From NCBI GenBank assembly GCA_964518475.1, contig CAZFGR010000006.1, positions 23,355 to 79,229 on the forward strand: 55,875 nucleotides of DNA. The letters are read 5' to 3'. This DNA is from an uncultured Nitrososphaerota archaeon (GTDB lineage: Archaea; Asgardarchaeota; Njordarchaeia; Njordarchaeales; Njordarchaeaceae). The translations under genes were made by a program, and so were the position numbers. The notes under the pieces were generated by a model. That model was not told the origin of the DNA, did no database searches, and saw nothing but the letters and a program-made list of their open reading frames with translations. Shown one piece after another: positions 29,769 to 39,657 of this stretch. Every line of letters starts with the position of its first letter. The first letter of the stretch is position 1.

Positions 29769-30989
29769 ATGGAAATTCCAGAAATTTGTGAAGCTTTAGT
29801 AGAATTCTTCTTTAGAGCCCTTGATAATGGCGTTTTGGGGTACGCTAAAGTTCCAGAGAATATCGTGTCTGAATGTAAGAGAGACCCAATCCTTGCAGAC
29901 ATAGCTCTCTCTATTAATATGTATCCGGAACATGAAAGTGTTCTAGAGGAGTTATCTATCCCAGAACTCGTTTCGTTGGCTAAACAGATTCCTAAAGGAA
30001 GCGAGTTTTTATTAATGTGTGGTATGTTATTCGATCACGCCAATGCCCCCGAGAAAGCAGTACATATATTCACGGAGGCGGAGGAAATCTCTAAGGAACC
30101 ATTAGTAACTGCTCTAATAAAATATGAGAAAGGAAAGACTCTCTATGCCAATGATTTGTTGAAAGAGGCTTTAAAGACGTTTGATGAAGCAGCTGATGTA
30201 GCGTCCAAGTTGAGCGATGTATCTATCCTTGTAGAGATCTTATCCAGAAAAGCGTTTACGGCAAAAATGTTAGGCGATATCAATGGTTTAGAAAAGAGTC
30301 TCAACGAGCTAGAAAGATACGGAAACTATATGAGCGATTTCCACATTACCTTATTCTCATTGCTGAAAGCTTGGTTAGAGAGGGAAAGAGGTAATATAGA
30401 GGAATTCAAGGAGATATGCGAAGCAGCAAAACTGGAGCCAGATAAAGTGGATGATGAAATATCCTTTGCTCACGCAATATTCCTAGCTGAGAGAGGACGA
30501 CTAGAAAAAGTCTTAACCATTAGCAACGATCCCGAGTTTATCTCAGATTTAGCCTACTCAATAAGGGGAATAGCACCAGCATTCTCTGAAGAACTACTAA
30601 ATAAGGCTATGGAGATCGATCCTAGAAATCCTCTCCCACATCTCTACTTTGGAATCTTAGCTAGAGACAGAGGAGATAACGAAACAGCTTTACAGATGTT
30701 TAAGAAAGTAATAGAACTTAATCCAAAAGACGTTACGGGATATATTCACACAGCTAGCACACTCTTAACCATGGAGAAAATAGATGAAGCTAAAGAGTAT
30801 ATTGAACGAGCACAAAAAGTAGCCCCTGATAACCCGTATATCCCATACCTCTATGGCTTGCTATATATAAGGAGGAAAGATATAGAAACCGCAAAGAAAT
30901 TTCTCCAAGAAGCAGCGGAAAAAGGAGTCATGGCTGCATTCGTGCTACTTTCGATGATTGAGAAAAAAGAAGCTGGAGCAGGCTCATAG
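29769..30989 (+). CDS. Tetratricopeptide repeat protein
   Basis: Repeated A..idP.n...h...G TPR patterns in the C-terminal half. Confidence 0.85.
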   Translation: MEIPEICEALVEFFFRALDNGVLGYAKVPENIVSECKRDPILADIALSINMYPEHESVLEELSIPELVSLAKQIPKGSEFLLMCGMLFDHANAPEKAVHIFTEAEEISKEPLVTALIKYEKGKTLYANDLLKEALKTFDEAADVASKLSDVSILVEILSRKAFTAKMLGDINGLEKSLNELERYGNYMSDFHITLFSLLKAWLERERGNIEEFKEICEAAKLEPDKVDDEISFAHAIFLAERGRLEKVLTISNDPEFISDLAYSIRGIAPAFSEELLNKAMEIDPRNPLPHLYFGILARDRGDNETALQMFKKVIELNPKDVTGYIHTASTLLTMEKIDEAKEYIERAQKVAPDNPYIPYLYGLLYIRRKDIETAKKFLQEAAEKGVMAAFVLLSMIEKKEAGAGS

Positions 30990-31119
30990 AGAACGTTTCG
31001 CACAGGGCTATTTTTCATTTATTTTTAAGGATAGCGTTTCTCTAAGAGGAAAGAAGAACGAAAAGATTTTAAACCTTATTTATAGATAGATAGTGACTTC
31101 TCCTTTTATGGTGATTCCT

Positions 31120-31299
31120 ATGCCAGAGCTCCTTATATATAAGAGTAAAGTTCGTGAAATTGTAAAAAATGAGGGGCTCCGAGTCTCCGAGAAATTCTAC
31201 GAAGCCTTAAACACTAAGGTTGAAGAATTAGTGAAGAAGGCTATCGAAAAAGCAAAGAGTGAGGGAAGAAAAACTTTAGGCCCAGAGCACCTTGAATGA
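31120..31299 (+). CDS. Short histone-fold protein (59 aa, alpha3-truncated type)
   Basis: LI.KSKVRE......RVS..F..AL...V..L...A...A...GRKT histone-fold pattern; GGTGA SD at 31110. Confidence 0.8.
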   Translation: MPELLIYKSKVREIVKNEGLRVSEKFYEALNTKVEELVKKAIEKAKSEGRKTLGPEHLE

Positions 31300-31367
31300 A
31301 TAACTCATCACTTTTAACTTATTTTTGGATCAACTTCAACTCTTTTTTTATTTTTGTTATCAAAAAG

Positions 31368-32195
31368 CTAGTAGCAGAAGTCTATTTGAAGTCCTAGCTC
31401 TTTAGATCTTCTAGTAATTTTTTTCTTTAAACTTAGGAAGTATTGTGTGCTTCTCGCTGCTCTCCAGAATTCTGATACTGTGTGTGGGTCAAGATTATTT
31501 CTTAAGGCAATGTTAATACTTACCCAGTTTTTGGCTTTAAGATTTAGCTTATCCACTAATATTCTTCCTACACCAATATCTGCTAGAGTCTCTAGTAGCG
31601 AATCGATCTCCTTGTCTACAAAAAGGGGGAGCAAAGGCCCGATGAGTGCATATGTTCTAATTCCTTCCTTTACCAGCATTTTCAGTGCTCTAATCCTATT
31701 TTCTGGTTTAGGCGCCATAGGTTCAAAAATTTCACGAACATCATCGTTTAATGACGTGATCGTTAGCCCTACCTCAATCTCCGAGAATTTTTTGAAGAGA
31801 TCTATATCTCTCAGGACTAGATCTGATTTGGTAAGAATCACTACTGGATAACCATATCTATGCAAAACCTCCAAGATTCTTCGAGTGAGGAACTCTCTAC
31901 GCTCCAGGGGTTGATAAGGATCAGTAACGCTGCTTATTAGAACCACACCTCTCCTATTCCGAACCACTTCTCGCTTCAATAACTCGACCGCATTTGCCTT
32001 TGCAACAACTCGTTTACCCCATTCAAGAGGATCTTTTCCCATACTTATATAAACGAACCTAGCGTAGCAATAAACACAACCATGTTCACAACCAATGTAG
32101 GGATTGATAGCGTAATCAACTCCATAGAGCTTGCTCTTCGCCATTATTGTCCTTACTCTCGATTTAGCATATTCAACCAATTCATAATCCACCAT
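31368..32195 (-). CDS. Radical SAM protein, SplB/Rv2578c-like (DNA repair-associated family)
   Basis: INPY.GCEHGCVYCYA, SS.TDPYQP.E, LTKS....RD and FEP.AP. Confidence 0.88.
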   Translation of the reverse strand: MVDYELVEYAKSRVRTIMAKSKLYGVDYAINPYIGCEHGCVYCYARFVYISMGKDPLEWGKRVVAKANAVELLKREVVRNRRGVVLISSVTDPYQPLERREFLTRRILEVLHRYGYPVVILTKSDLVLRDIDLFKKFSEIEVGLTITSLNDDVREIFEPMAPKPENRIRALKMLVKEGIRTYALIGPLLPLFVDKEIDSLLETLADIGVGRILVDKLNLKAKNWVSINIALRNNLDPHTVSEFWRAARSTQYFLSLKKKITRRSKELGLQIDFCY

Positions 32196-32449
32196 AATAA
32201 TCCAATGCTAGTTGAAAAGATCCTTAAAGTCTATATTTAACTTCAAAATACAGCATGCACAAAAGTAATTCCTAGCCTTTAAAATAGTTTCTAATAACGT
32301 CTTGATACATCCTAATAGTTTGTGCTACATAATTAACATTATATGTTTCCTAATTTCAGATTTTCATTAAGCAACAACATAGTTTAGTGAGTCAAGAATA
32401 TATCCTTCCTTACATTAGAGCAGATAACGATGAGAAATTAATCCCGTAG

Positions 32450-33859
32450 ATGATTAAGATGTTATCGATTTCAGAAAGCACAAAAATACGACCAGAACTC
32501 TCTCTGATCCTTAGGAAGGTATTAGAAAAAATTACTCCAAAACCTAATGAGGAAGAGAAGTTACAAAAAGTAGCTGAAAAAGTTTGTGAAGAAGTGAGAG
32601 AGGCCCTAAATGGACTTCCAGTTCCATTCTCCGTTGAAGTTCATGGATCCTTTGCCCACGATACATGGTTATCGGGTGATAGGGACATCGACATATTCAT
32701 CTTATTGAGAGAGTGCAAGCCGAAAGACTTTCTCCAAGAAATTCTTAATATCCTAGAAGAGAAACTACCTTACCAGTTTGAGCATAGATACGCAGAGCAC
32801 CCATATTTGAAAACCCTTATTGATGATGTAGAAATAGAAATCGTTCCAGGCTATTACATAGAAGATAAAGTATTATCCGCCGTTGATAGGACGCCGCGTC
32901 ATACACGTTTTCTTAAACAGCATTTGACGAGAGAATTATGCGACGAAGTCCGTCTCCTCAAAGCATTTCTCAAAGGAATTGGTGCTTATGGGGCTGAGAT
33001 AAAAGTTCAGGGATTTTCTGGTTATGCTTGTGAACTATTAATAATTCATTATAGATCCTTTCTCAGAACTCTCTTGGAAATCGCTAATAAACCTCGAATA
33101 TTTATTGATTTTACTAAGACATGGACAGAGAAGGAGGCAAAAAAGACATTCAAAAAAAGAGTGATTATAATAGATCCAACAGATCCCAAGAGAAACGTCA
33201 CCGCTAATCTCTCAAACCAAACATTTCTGAAAGTTAAAATAGCGGCTAAACTATTTCTAGAAAAACCTAGTGACACTTTTTTCTTTCCAAAAGAAGCCAT
33301 CTTGCCCCCAAACGAATTACTAAAGCATCTCCAAGAAAGATCAATCATTCTCGTAGAACTCGAGATAAATCCAGACGTGTCCCCAGATACTTACTGGGGT
33401 CAGGCTAAAAGAATAATGGATAAAATACAACAATTTATCAGGAAACAAGAAGATGTATACTTATACAATATCGATATTTTTGAGGGTAGGAAAAGCATTC
33501 TAATTCTCCTAGAAACAAATACTAAGAAATTACCTCTCTATATGAGAATCCGTGGACCTCCCGTATGGGCTTCGGGCAGAGATTTGTTAAACTTCCTGAA
33601 GAAACATCAAAAAGAAATCGGACCCATAATCACATTAGGCCCAAGAATTGCGTTTATTACTAGGAGAAGAGAAGATGAGATCCCCGTAGCCAATCTTTTG
33701 AAAAAATTTATATCAACTATCAAAATTAAGCCCTCATTTCTGACCGTAAATGTCTATGATTCCCCGAATGATATTCTAGAAATAGTATCTAGAGAAAACG
33801 CCTTAGCAAATTTTTCTCACTTCATAACTGGTAAACCCCCATGGCTTCCAGAACTCTAA
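32450..33859 (+). CDS. cca: Archaeal (class I) CCA-adding enzyme
   Basis: GSFAHDTWL.GD.DIDIF, YAEHPY, SAVDRTP.H, YGAE....GFSGY..ELL and DP.DP.RNV. Confidence 0.95.
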   Translation: MIKMLSISESTKIRPELSLILRKVLEKITPKPNEEEKLQKVAEKVCEEVREALNGLPVPFSVEVHGSFAHDTWLSGDRDIDIFILLRECKPKDFLQEILNILEEKLPYQFEHRYAEHPYLKTLIDDVEIEIVPGYYIEDKVLSAVDRTPRHTRFLKQHLTRELCDEVRLLKAFLKGIGAYGAEIKVQGFSGYACELLIIHYRSFLRTLLEIANKPRIFIDFTKTWTEKEAKKTFKKRVIIIDPTDPKRNVTANLSNQTFLKVKIAAKLFLEKPSDTFFFPKEAILPPNELLKHLQERSIILVELEINPDVSPDTYWGQAKRIMDKIQQFIRKQEDVYLYNIDIFEGRKSILILLETNTKKLPLYMRIRGPPVWASGRDLLNFLKKHQKEIGPIITLGPRIAFITRRREDEIPVANLLKKFISTIKIKPSFLTVNVYDSPNDILEIVSRENALANFSHFITGKPPWLPEL

Positions 33860-34166
33860 AAATCTCTAAACTATTCGGAAAATTACTTTATATTAAGTAA
33901 GATTTAAGATTTATACATTGGAGAAAATCATGGATATGGAAAAATCGTAATTCTCGACATTCTTAAGGACGATCCCTATCCTCACACCAAGATACTTAAA
34001 GAAGCTATACAAAGAGCATTGAGTAGAGGAAGACGATAATATAAACCTCTAAAGCTTGTAGAATGCACATGCTTGAAGTGGTAGGAAATTATCAATATTC
34101 ATAAATAAATAATTAGAAATAAATGACTAGGAAAGTATTAGAAAAGATATGGAATAAAAGTGAAAA

Positions 34167-35315
34167 CTATTTGCTGATTTTTAATTTTTGATACTCATAG
34201 AACCATACAGCAATTATTCGATAGCCAAAGTGTGCAAATTTTGTAAATGGAGCCGTTACAATTAGATCGAAGACAAATATTAGATGTGTCGCGAACATCA
34301 CGTATGCTAGAAGAAACATGTTTGTGTACATGAATATGTCTATTAGGAAACCAGTCAATATTGCGAGGAATACAAGTATCAGGAAAGACCAATCGCTCTC
34401 ATGACTATATTGGGAGTAAACATCATTTTTGATTAATCTTTTATAGATAAAGTATATGGATCCATAAGCACCGATTAAGCCTCCAATGATACCGAATGCT
34501 CTAGCTAGAACTCCAAAAAATTCGATATCTATGGCTCTAAGAATTTCAAAGCTTTCTCTCAATCCAAGTAAATTGCTGTTTTTCAGATAATCTAGTGATG
34601 TAGCGAGGAACATTAGAACAAAGCCCCAGAATATTGCCAGATGTGCTATGTACCTATTCTGTCTCTCACACTTCGAGTAACGTCGTTCAGCAAGCACTTC
34701 TCCAAAAAGTATAATGAAAAAGCTCTTAACTAAATTTTTGACTTTTGTCCCAGTTGACAAGTTTCCTTCTAGAGCGCCATGTTTTATGTAATTGTACATT
34801 TTTATCCCTTGTAGTAAAGCGATAACAGCAATATAAACAGCTAAAACTAGGCCCGCTGTGTGGATAAACTCGTAGCTCAGTAATGAGAACGGATTAAACT
34901 TTGTGAGATCTAGCGGTTTCTTAAACAAGTATATTCCTAAAGCGGCGATAATAGATAGGATAATTAGGGACACTACTGACATTAACTTGGAATAGAATAT
35001 TCTCGCGATGCCGCCCAGAGAGTATTTTATGATAGCGTATCTCCTAGCAGCCATCATTAACGCTCCAGGATCAGCGTCGCGAGGGCAAGATTCGCTACAC
35101 TCTCCACAATAATAGCATAACCATAGTTGTGGACTCGATAATAACTTGTCTTCTAACCCGAGTATCGAGTACCTTATCATCATTCGTGGCAATTCAAAGT
35201 TATTCTCTGATAGTGGGCAAATAGCAGTACATTCCCCGCAACTATAACAAGCTGTGATATCAAACGCTCCAAGTTTCTTAATTTCTTTTATAAGATTCGG
35301 ATTTGTTCTCACCAT
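34167..35315 (-). CDS. QmoC-like protein: N-terminal 2x[4Fe-4S] HdrC-like domain plus heme b membrane anchor
   Basis: CYSCGECTAICP, WLCYYCGECSESCPR, about 6 TM helices with H..IFWGF, H...V and PFTKFAH..YR histidines. Confidence 0.85.
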   Translation of the reverse strand: MVRTNPNLIKEIKKLGAFDITACYSCGECTAICPLSENNFELPRMMIRYSILGLEDKLLSSPQLWLCYYCGECSESCPRDADPGALMMAARRYAIIKYSLGGIARIFYSKLMSVVSLIILSIIAALGIYLFKKPLDLTKFNPFSLLSYEFIHTAGLVLAVYIAVIALLQGIKMYNYIKHGALEGNLSTGTKVKNLVKSFFIILFGEVLAERRYSKCERQNRYIAHLAIFWGFVLMFLATSLDYLKNSNLLGLRESFEILRAIDIEFFGVLARAFGIIGGLIGAYGSIYFIYKRLIKNDVYSQYSHESDWSFLILVFLAILTGFLIDIFMYTNMFLLAYVMFATHLIFVFDLIVTAPFTKFAHFGYRIIAVWFYEYQKLKISK

Positions 35316-35322
35316 AGCTTAA

Positions 35323-35628
35323 TCACCTGCTTCCAACCCATTTATATTTCCAATATCCTTCATCCGTTTTCTCAACTGGTTCAATCTGCTTGTATCTTAG
35401 ATACGTCATTAGGTACCAAAATACCGTGTAGGTATCTATTCCAGTCTCTTTAGCTATTTCTGGTACTGTTTTAGGTCCGGTTTTCAATGCTTCTAGAATC
35501 TTTTTCTTTATCTCGTTCTGCTCTTTAAGCCGCTCCTGTAGTTCTTTGGGCGGAGCCTTAAAACCTATTTTTTCCCGAAGATAAAGGAAAGTATTTCTTT
35601 TTTCACGACTCCTCTCCTTTCCACTCAT
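35323..35628 (-). CDS. Small winged-HTH protein inside the Hdr/Qmo-like operon
   Basis: ILEALK.GPKTVPEIAKETG......W.L. Confidence 0.8.
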   Translation of the reverse strand: MSGKERSREKRNTFLYLREKIGFKAPPKELQERLKEQNEIKKKILEALKTGPKTVPEIAKETGIDTYTVFWYLMTYLRYKQIEPVEKTDEGYWKYKWVGSR

Positions 35629-35629
35629 T

Positions 35630-37588
35630 TCAAATCTCCTCCGCCATAGCTTTAATCATAGCTCTGATCTGCTCAGTAGATAGTGTCTTTAATTGAATAG
35701 CTTCTGTTGGGCATACAGCGACACATGATCCACAACCAATGCATAAAGCTTCATTTACCCAAGCTTTAATCCCTATTCCTTCATACTCTTTTTCTTGAAT
35801 CGCATTAACTGGACACTCCTTCATACATAGCTTAGATAGATTACATCTGCTTGGATCCACAAAAGCAACCAATGGCTCAAGCTCTATTGTCTCCCTCAAT
35901 ACAATGGATGCGGCCTTAGCAGCAGCCGCTGATGCAGATGCCAGCGTCTCCTGGATATTTCTTGGTGCTTGACAAGTACCAGCTATCAGAACCCCTGCAA
36001 TATTTGTTTCTACTGGTCGTAACTTGGGATGAACCTCCTGATAGAATCCATCTCTACCAATAGGTAGCTTCAGAATTTCTTCTAGCTTCTTATTTTCTCT
36101 CGCTACCATTCCAGTAACTAACACAACAAGATCGACAGGGATCTCTATCTCTTCTCTGTTCGTTAATAAATCTTTAACAGTGATGATGAGTTTATCTCCC
36201 TCTGAATGGACTCGTGGTGGATCATTTGGGTCATATCTAATAAAGACCGCTCCTTTCCTTCCCGCCTCTTCGTAATATGTTTCGTATTTACCATATGTTC
36301 GAATGTCTCTGTAGATGTTATAGATTGTCAAATCTTTGAATTTCTTAAACAACTCTGCGTTGAGATGCGTTGTAACTGAGCAACAGTACCTAGAGCAGTA
36401 CTCATTAACCTTCTCTGGACCAGTTGGTAGTTGCCTGCTCCCAACACAGTAGATAAAAGCTATCGATTTTACTTCTTTTCCATTAAACATTATTTTTTCA
36501 TCACTACTAATATCTAAGATTCTTTCAAACTGCGGCAATGTTATAACGTTTTGGAATTTCTTGTAACCAAATTCTCCTTCTTTGGGTTCGTACGTGTCAA
36601 AGCCAGTCGCAACGATTACTGCACCAACGTTAAGCGTGATTGTTTGTGGTTGTTGATTAAAGTCCACTGCATCGCCTAAAATCTTTACGCATTCACCACA
36701 TTTATTACAATGTTCCATATCTATTACGGGTAGATCTGGGTAGGCCCCCTCGTAAGGAATATAAATCGCTTTTCTCTTCGTAAGCCCGTAATCAAACTCG
36801 TTAGGAACCTCTATTGGGCACTTCTCAATAGCCTCTGCTATTTTAGGATGCTTCTTTACGATATATCTTGGATTAACTTTAATTTTAACAGTGAAATTAC
36901 CCAAAAAACCACTAAAGCTCTCAACCTCAGCATTCGTATAGACAACGATGTTATCCCTTTTCTTAAGCTCCTCTATTAATCTTCGCACAATATCTTTCCC
37001 GCTCTCTCCGCTCGGAAAAGCTTTCCATATCTGAGCTACTCTTCCACCCAAGAATGGTGACTTTTCAACCAAGAATACATTTACACCCATCCTTGATAGA
37101 TCAAGGGCCGCCCTAATTCCTGCAATACCCCCACCTATGATTAATACACTCGGCGTTGTCTTAACTTTAATCTTCTCTAATGGTTTTGCACGCCGCACAT
37201 ATTCGATACCCGCTTTTACATGCCTAATAGCTTTCTTAGTCGCTTCCTCTGGGTTATCCGAATGCGCCCACGATACATCCTCTCTAATGTTAACGTGATA
37301 GAAAAGATATGGGTTCAAACCAGCCCTGGCTACACAGTTTCTAAATGTCATTTCATGCAACTTCGGAGAACACGAAGCAACAACGACGCCGTCGAGATTA
37401 TACTTCTTTATGTCCTCCTCGATCATTTTTTGTCCAGCATCCGAGCACATGAACATGAAATGTTTTGCCACGACTACTCCTGGGTAATTCTTGATTACCT
37501 CAACTACCTTCTCAACATCAACAACATCCGATATATTCCCGCCGCAATGGCATACATACACTCCGATCCGCTTAGCCATATACATCAC
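35630..37588 (-). CDS. HdrA-like flavoprotein (QmoB-like, lacks the FPTxDCxxC cysteines)
   Basis: N-terminal CHCG domain, GGGIAG, AFPSGES in place of TFPTxDC, CVGSR, CSRYCC and C-terminal ferredoxin. Confidence 0.9.
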   Translation of the reverse strand: MMYMAKRIGVYVCHCGGNISDVVDVEKVVEVIKNYPGVVVAKHFMFMCSDAGQKMIEEDIKKYNLDGVVVASCSPKLHEMTFRNCVARAGLNPYLFYHVNIREDVSWAHSDNPEEATKKAIRHVKAGIEYVRRAKPLEKIKVKTTPSVLIIGGGIAGIRAALDLSRMGVNVFLVEKSPFLGGRVAQIWKAFPSGESGKDIVRRLIEELKKRDNIVVYTNAEVESFSGFLGNFTVKIKVNPRYIVKKHPKIAEAIEKCPIEVPNEFDYGLTKRKAIYIPYEGAYPDLPVIDMEHCNKCGECVKILGDAVDFNQQPQTITLNVGAVIVATGFDTYEPKEGEFGYKKFQNVITLPQFERILDISSDEKIMFNGKEVKSIAFIYCVGSRQLPTGPEKVNEYCSRYCCSVTTHLNAELFKKFKDLTIYNIYRDIRTYGKYETYYEEAGRKGAVFIRYDPNDPPRVHSEGDKLIITVKDLLTNREEIEIPVDLVVLVTGMVARENKKLEEILKLPIGRDGFYQEVHPKLRPVETNIAGVLIAGTCQAPRNIQETLASASAAAAKAASIVLRETIELEPLVAFVDPSRCNLSKLCMKECPVNAIQEKEYEGIGIKAWVNEALCIGCGSCVAVCPTEAIQLKTLSTEQIRAMIKAMAEEI

Positions 37589-38913
37589 CTCTTTGCACGA
37601 CGTTTATGCTCATTCAGATAAGCCATACATTGTGCTGCAGCTGCATCAGCTTCAACTATAGAATCAGGGATATCTTTAGGCCCCAAGACACATCCAGCTG
37701 CGAATACTCCTGGCACCGATGTAGCTGTGGGATTATTATTTGGATCCACTTGCTTTATCCATCCTACCTCATCAAGTTCTATATTCACGTTCTTAAATAC
37801 TTTTACAATATCAGAATTCGGTAACGCTCCTACAGCTAAGACAACAAGATCAAATGTATCCTCCTTTAGTTTACCTCCATCATCCATATCCTCATATTTC
37901 ACTACTACGTTACCTTTTTCATCCTCATCAACAACTACAACCCGACCCTTAATAAACATCGTACCCATCGCTTGAGTTTGATTAAAGAATTCCTCAAAGC
38001 CCTTACCAAAAGCTCTAATATCGATATAGAATATCGATACATCCGCTAATGGTAGAGCACCCATAATCAATTGTGCTTGCTTTATAGAGTACATACAGCA
38101 TATCTGTGAGCAATAGGGATTACCCACCTTGTGATCACGAGAACCAACGCAGAGAATATAAGCAATTCTCATAGGTTCTTTGCCGTCCGAAGGTCTTAAG
38201 ACACTATTATATGGTCTTGTTGGAGCAAGTAAGCGGTCCATTTGCATGGCGGTTATAACATTCTTGCATCTACCGTAACCGAATTCTGGTCTAAGCGTGG
38301 GCGAAAATAGTTTAAAGCCTGTAGCAATTATTATTGCTCCTACTTTTACCTCTAATATTTCTGGTTCTTGGGTAAAATCAATAGCACCAGCTGGGCACGC
38401 TCTTTCACAACTTCCACACAATATACAATTATCGAGATCTATAATCGCTTTCTTTGGTACAGCAATATCGAATGGTATATAAGCTGCTTTACGTCCTCTC
38501 ATATCGAATTGAAATTCATCTGAAACTATCACTGGACATACATTCTCACAAACACCGCAACCAGTACAAGCATCCAAATCAACATACCTAGGTTTCTTTA
38601 ATATCTTGACTGAGAAATCTGCTTCTCCGTTCTTAACAACTTCCTGTACCTCCGAATATGTTAATAAAGTAATGTTCGGATGATGCGCCGCAGCTGCCAT
38701 TTTTGGTGTAGAAATACAGCTTGCACAATCTAATGTTGGGAAAGTCTTACTTAATAGCGCCATCTTTCCTCCAATACTCCCCTCTTTCTCCACCAATAGA
38801 ACCTTATAACCAGCATCTCCCAGTGTTAGAGAGGCTTCAATGCCGGCTATGCCCCCACCTATTACTAATACATCATACTCATTCGCTCGCTTCATTTTTG
38901 CATACCTCATCAT
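37585..38913 (-). CDS. Short HdrA-like flavoprotein (QmoA-like core with inserted ferredoxin)
   Basis: Begins at GGGIAG; has TFPTLDCASC, a 2x[4Fe-4S] insert and CSQICCMY; no N-terminal domain or C-terminal ferredoxin. Confidence 0.9.
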   Translation of the reverse strand: MMRYAKMKRANEYDVLVIGGGIAGIEASLTLGDAGYKVLLVEKEGSIGGKMALLSKTFPTLDCASCISTPKMAAAAHHPNITLLTYSEVQEVVKNGEADFSVKILKKPRYVDLDACTGCGVCENVCPVIVSDEFQFDMRGRKAAYIPFDIAVPKKAIIDLDNCILCGSCERACPAGAIDFTQEPEILEVKVGAIIIATGFKLFSPTLRPEFGYGRCKNVITAMQMDRLLAPTRPYNSVLRPSDGKEPMRIAYILCVGSRDHKVGNPYCSQICCMYSIKQAQLIMGALPLADVSIFYIDIRAFGKGFEEFFNQTQAMGTMFIKGRVVVVDEDEKGNVVVKYEDMDDGGKLKEDTFDLVVLAVGALPNSDIVKVFKNVNIELDEVGWIKQVDPNNNPTATSVPGVFAAGCVLGPKDIPDSIVEADAAAAQCMAYLNEHKRRAKR

Positions 38914-39326
38914 TCTGTCTTCTTCTTAACCGGACCTAGTTTCTTCACTTTTTCATAGAGATCATGAATATGCTTCAAGAACGGCTCAACACATACGGAA
39001 CATATCGCGGACATTTTTAGTCTTTCTGGCTCAATACCGTGCTTCTTAAGCAGTTCTACTGCTTCTGCAATCCTTTTAGCGGTTCTATCGGAACAATCCT
39101 TTAGGAATGGACAATCGGTACCATCAGCCGCTACAAATACTCCGTCAAAGCCGCATTGGAATGCATAAAGTATTATGTCTGGTCTTATCATGCTAGAACA
39201 TGGTACTCTTATAATCGATGTAGTAGCAGGGTAATGCCTATGAAGTAGCCCCGTCAAATCAATTGCTAGATCCGATATAAAATCGGTTGAAAAGATAAGA
39301 ATCTTTGGTTTAAACTCTTCTGACAT
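38910..39326 (-). CDS. Divergent MvhD/FlpD-like Fe-S protein
   Basis: F.PKI..F, Y......IR.PCS, AF..G.DGV and GI.PERL align with MvhD at 22142; Cys pattern altered. Confidence 0.85.
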   Translation of the reverse strand: MSEEFKPKILIFSTDFISDLAIDLTGLLHRHYPATTSIIRVPCSSMIRPDIILYAFQCGFDGVFVAADGTDCPFLKDCSDRTAKRIAEAVELLKKHGIEPERLKMSAICSVCVEPFLKHIHDLYEKVKKLGPVKKKTE

Positions 39327-39389
39327 TTTAAAACACCAAAATGGTTCTTTAAGCGGTAGAAAAAAGAGAAAAAGTAGCTAGTAAAGGGC

Positions 39390-39647
39390 TCACTTCTTCC
39401 TTCTAACAAATATTCTCCAATAACCCGGCTCCTCAATGACTCCTAAAAATTCGTGCCCTACTTTCTTGGCCCACAGTGGTAGATCCCTAGCAGTACCTGG
39501 ATCGGAAGAAAGAACCTCTAAAATTCCTCCAATAGGTACCTCTGTAATGGCTCTTTTAGCTGCTAGAAGAGGGCCTGGACAAGATACGCCTCTTGCATCA
39601 ACAGTTTTGTCGGGTTTTATTTTCCTTAGATCAATTTCCTCAGGCAT
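39390..39647 (-). CDS. tusA: TusA/SirA family sulfur carrier
   Basis: DARG.SCPGP, EVLS.DP....D.P.W. Confidence 0.92.
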   Translation of the reverse strand: MPEEIDLRKIKPDKTVDARGVSCPGPLLAAKRAITEVPIGGILEVLSSDPGTARDLPLWAKKVGHEFLGVIEEPGYWRIFVRRKK

Positions 39648-39657
39648 CTTTATCCCC

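Noticed and set aside
32427-32475. Box C/D-like pattern overlapping the cca start
   Set aside because: All boxes are imperfect, it overlaps coding sequence, and no target was recognised.
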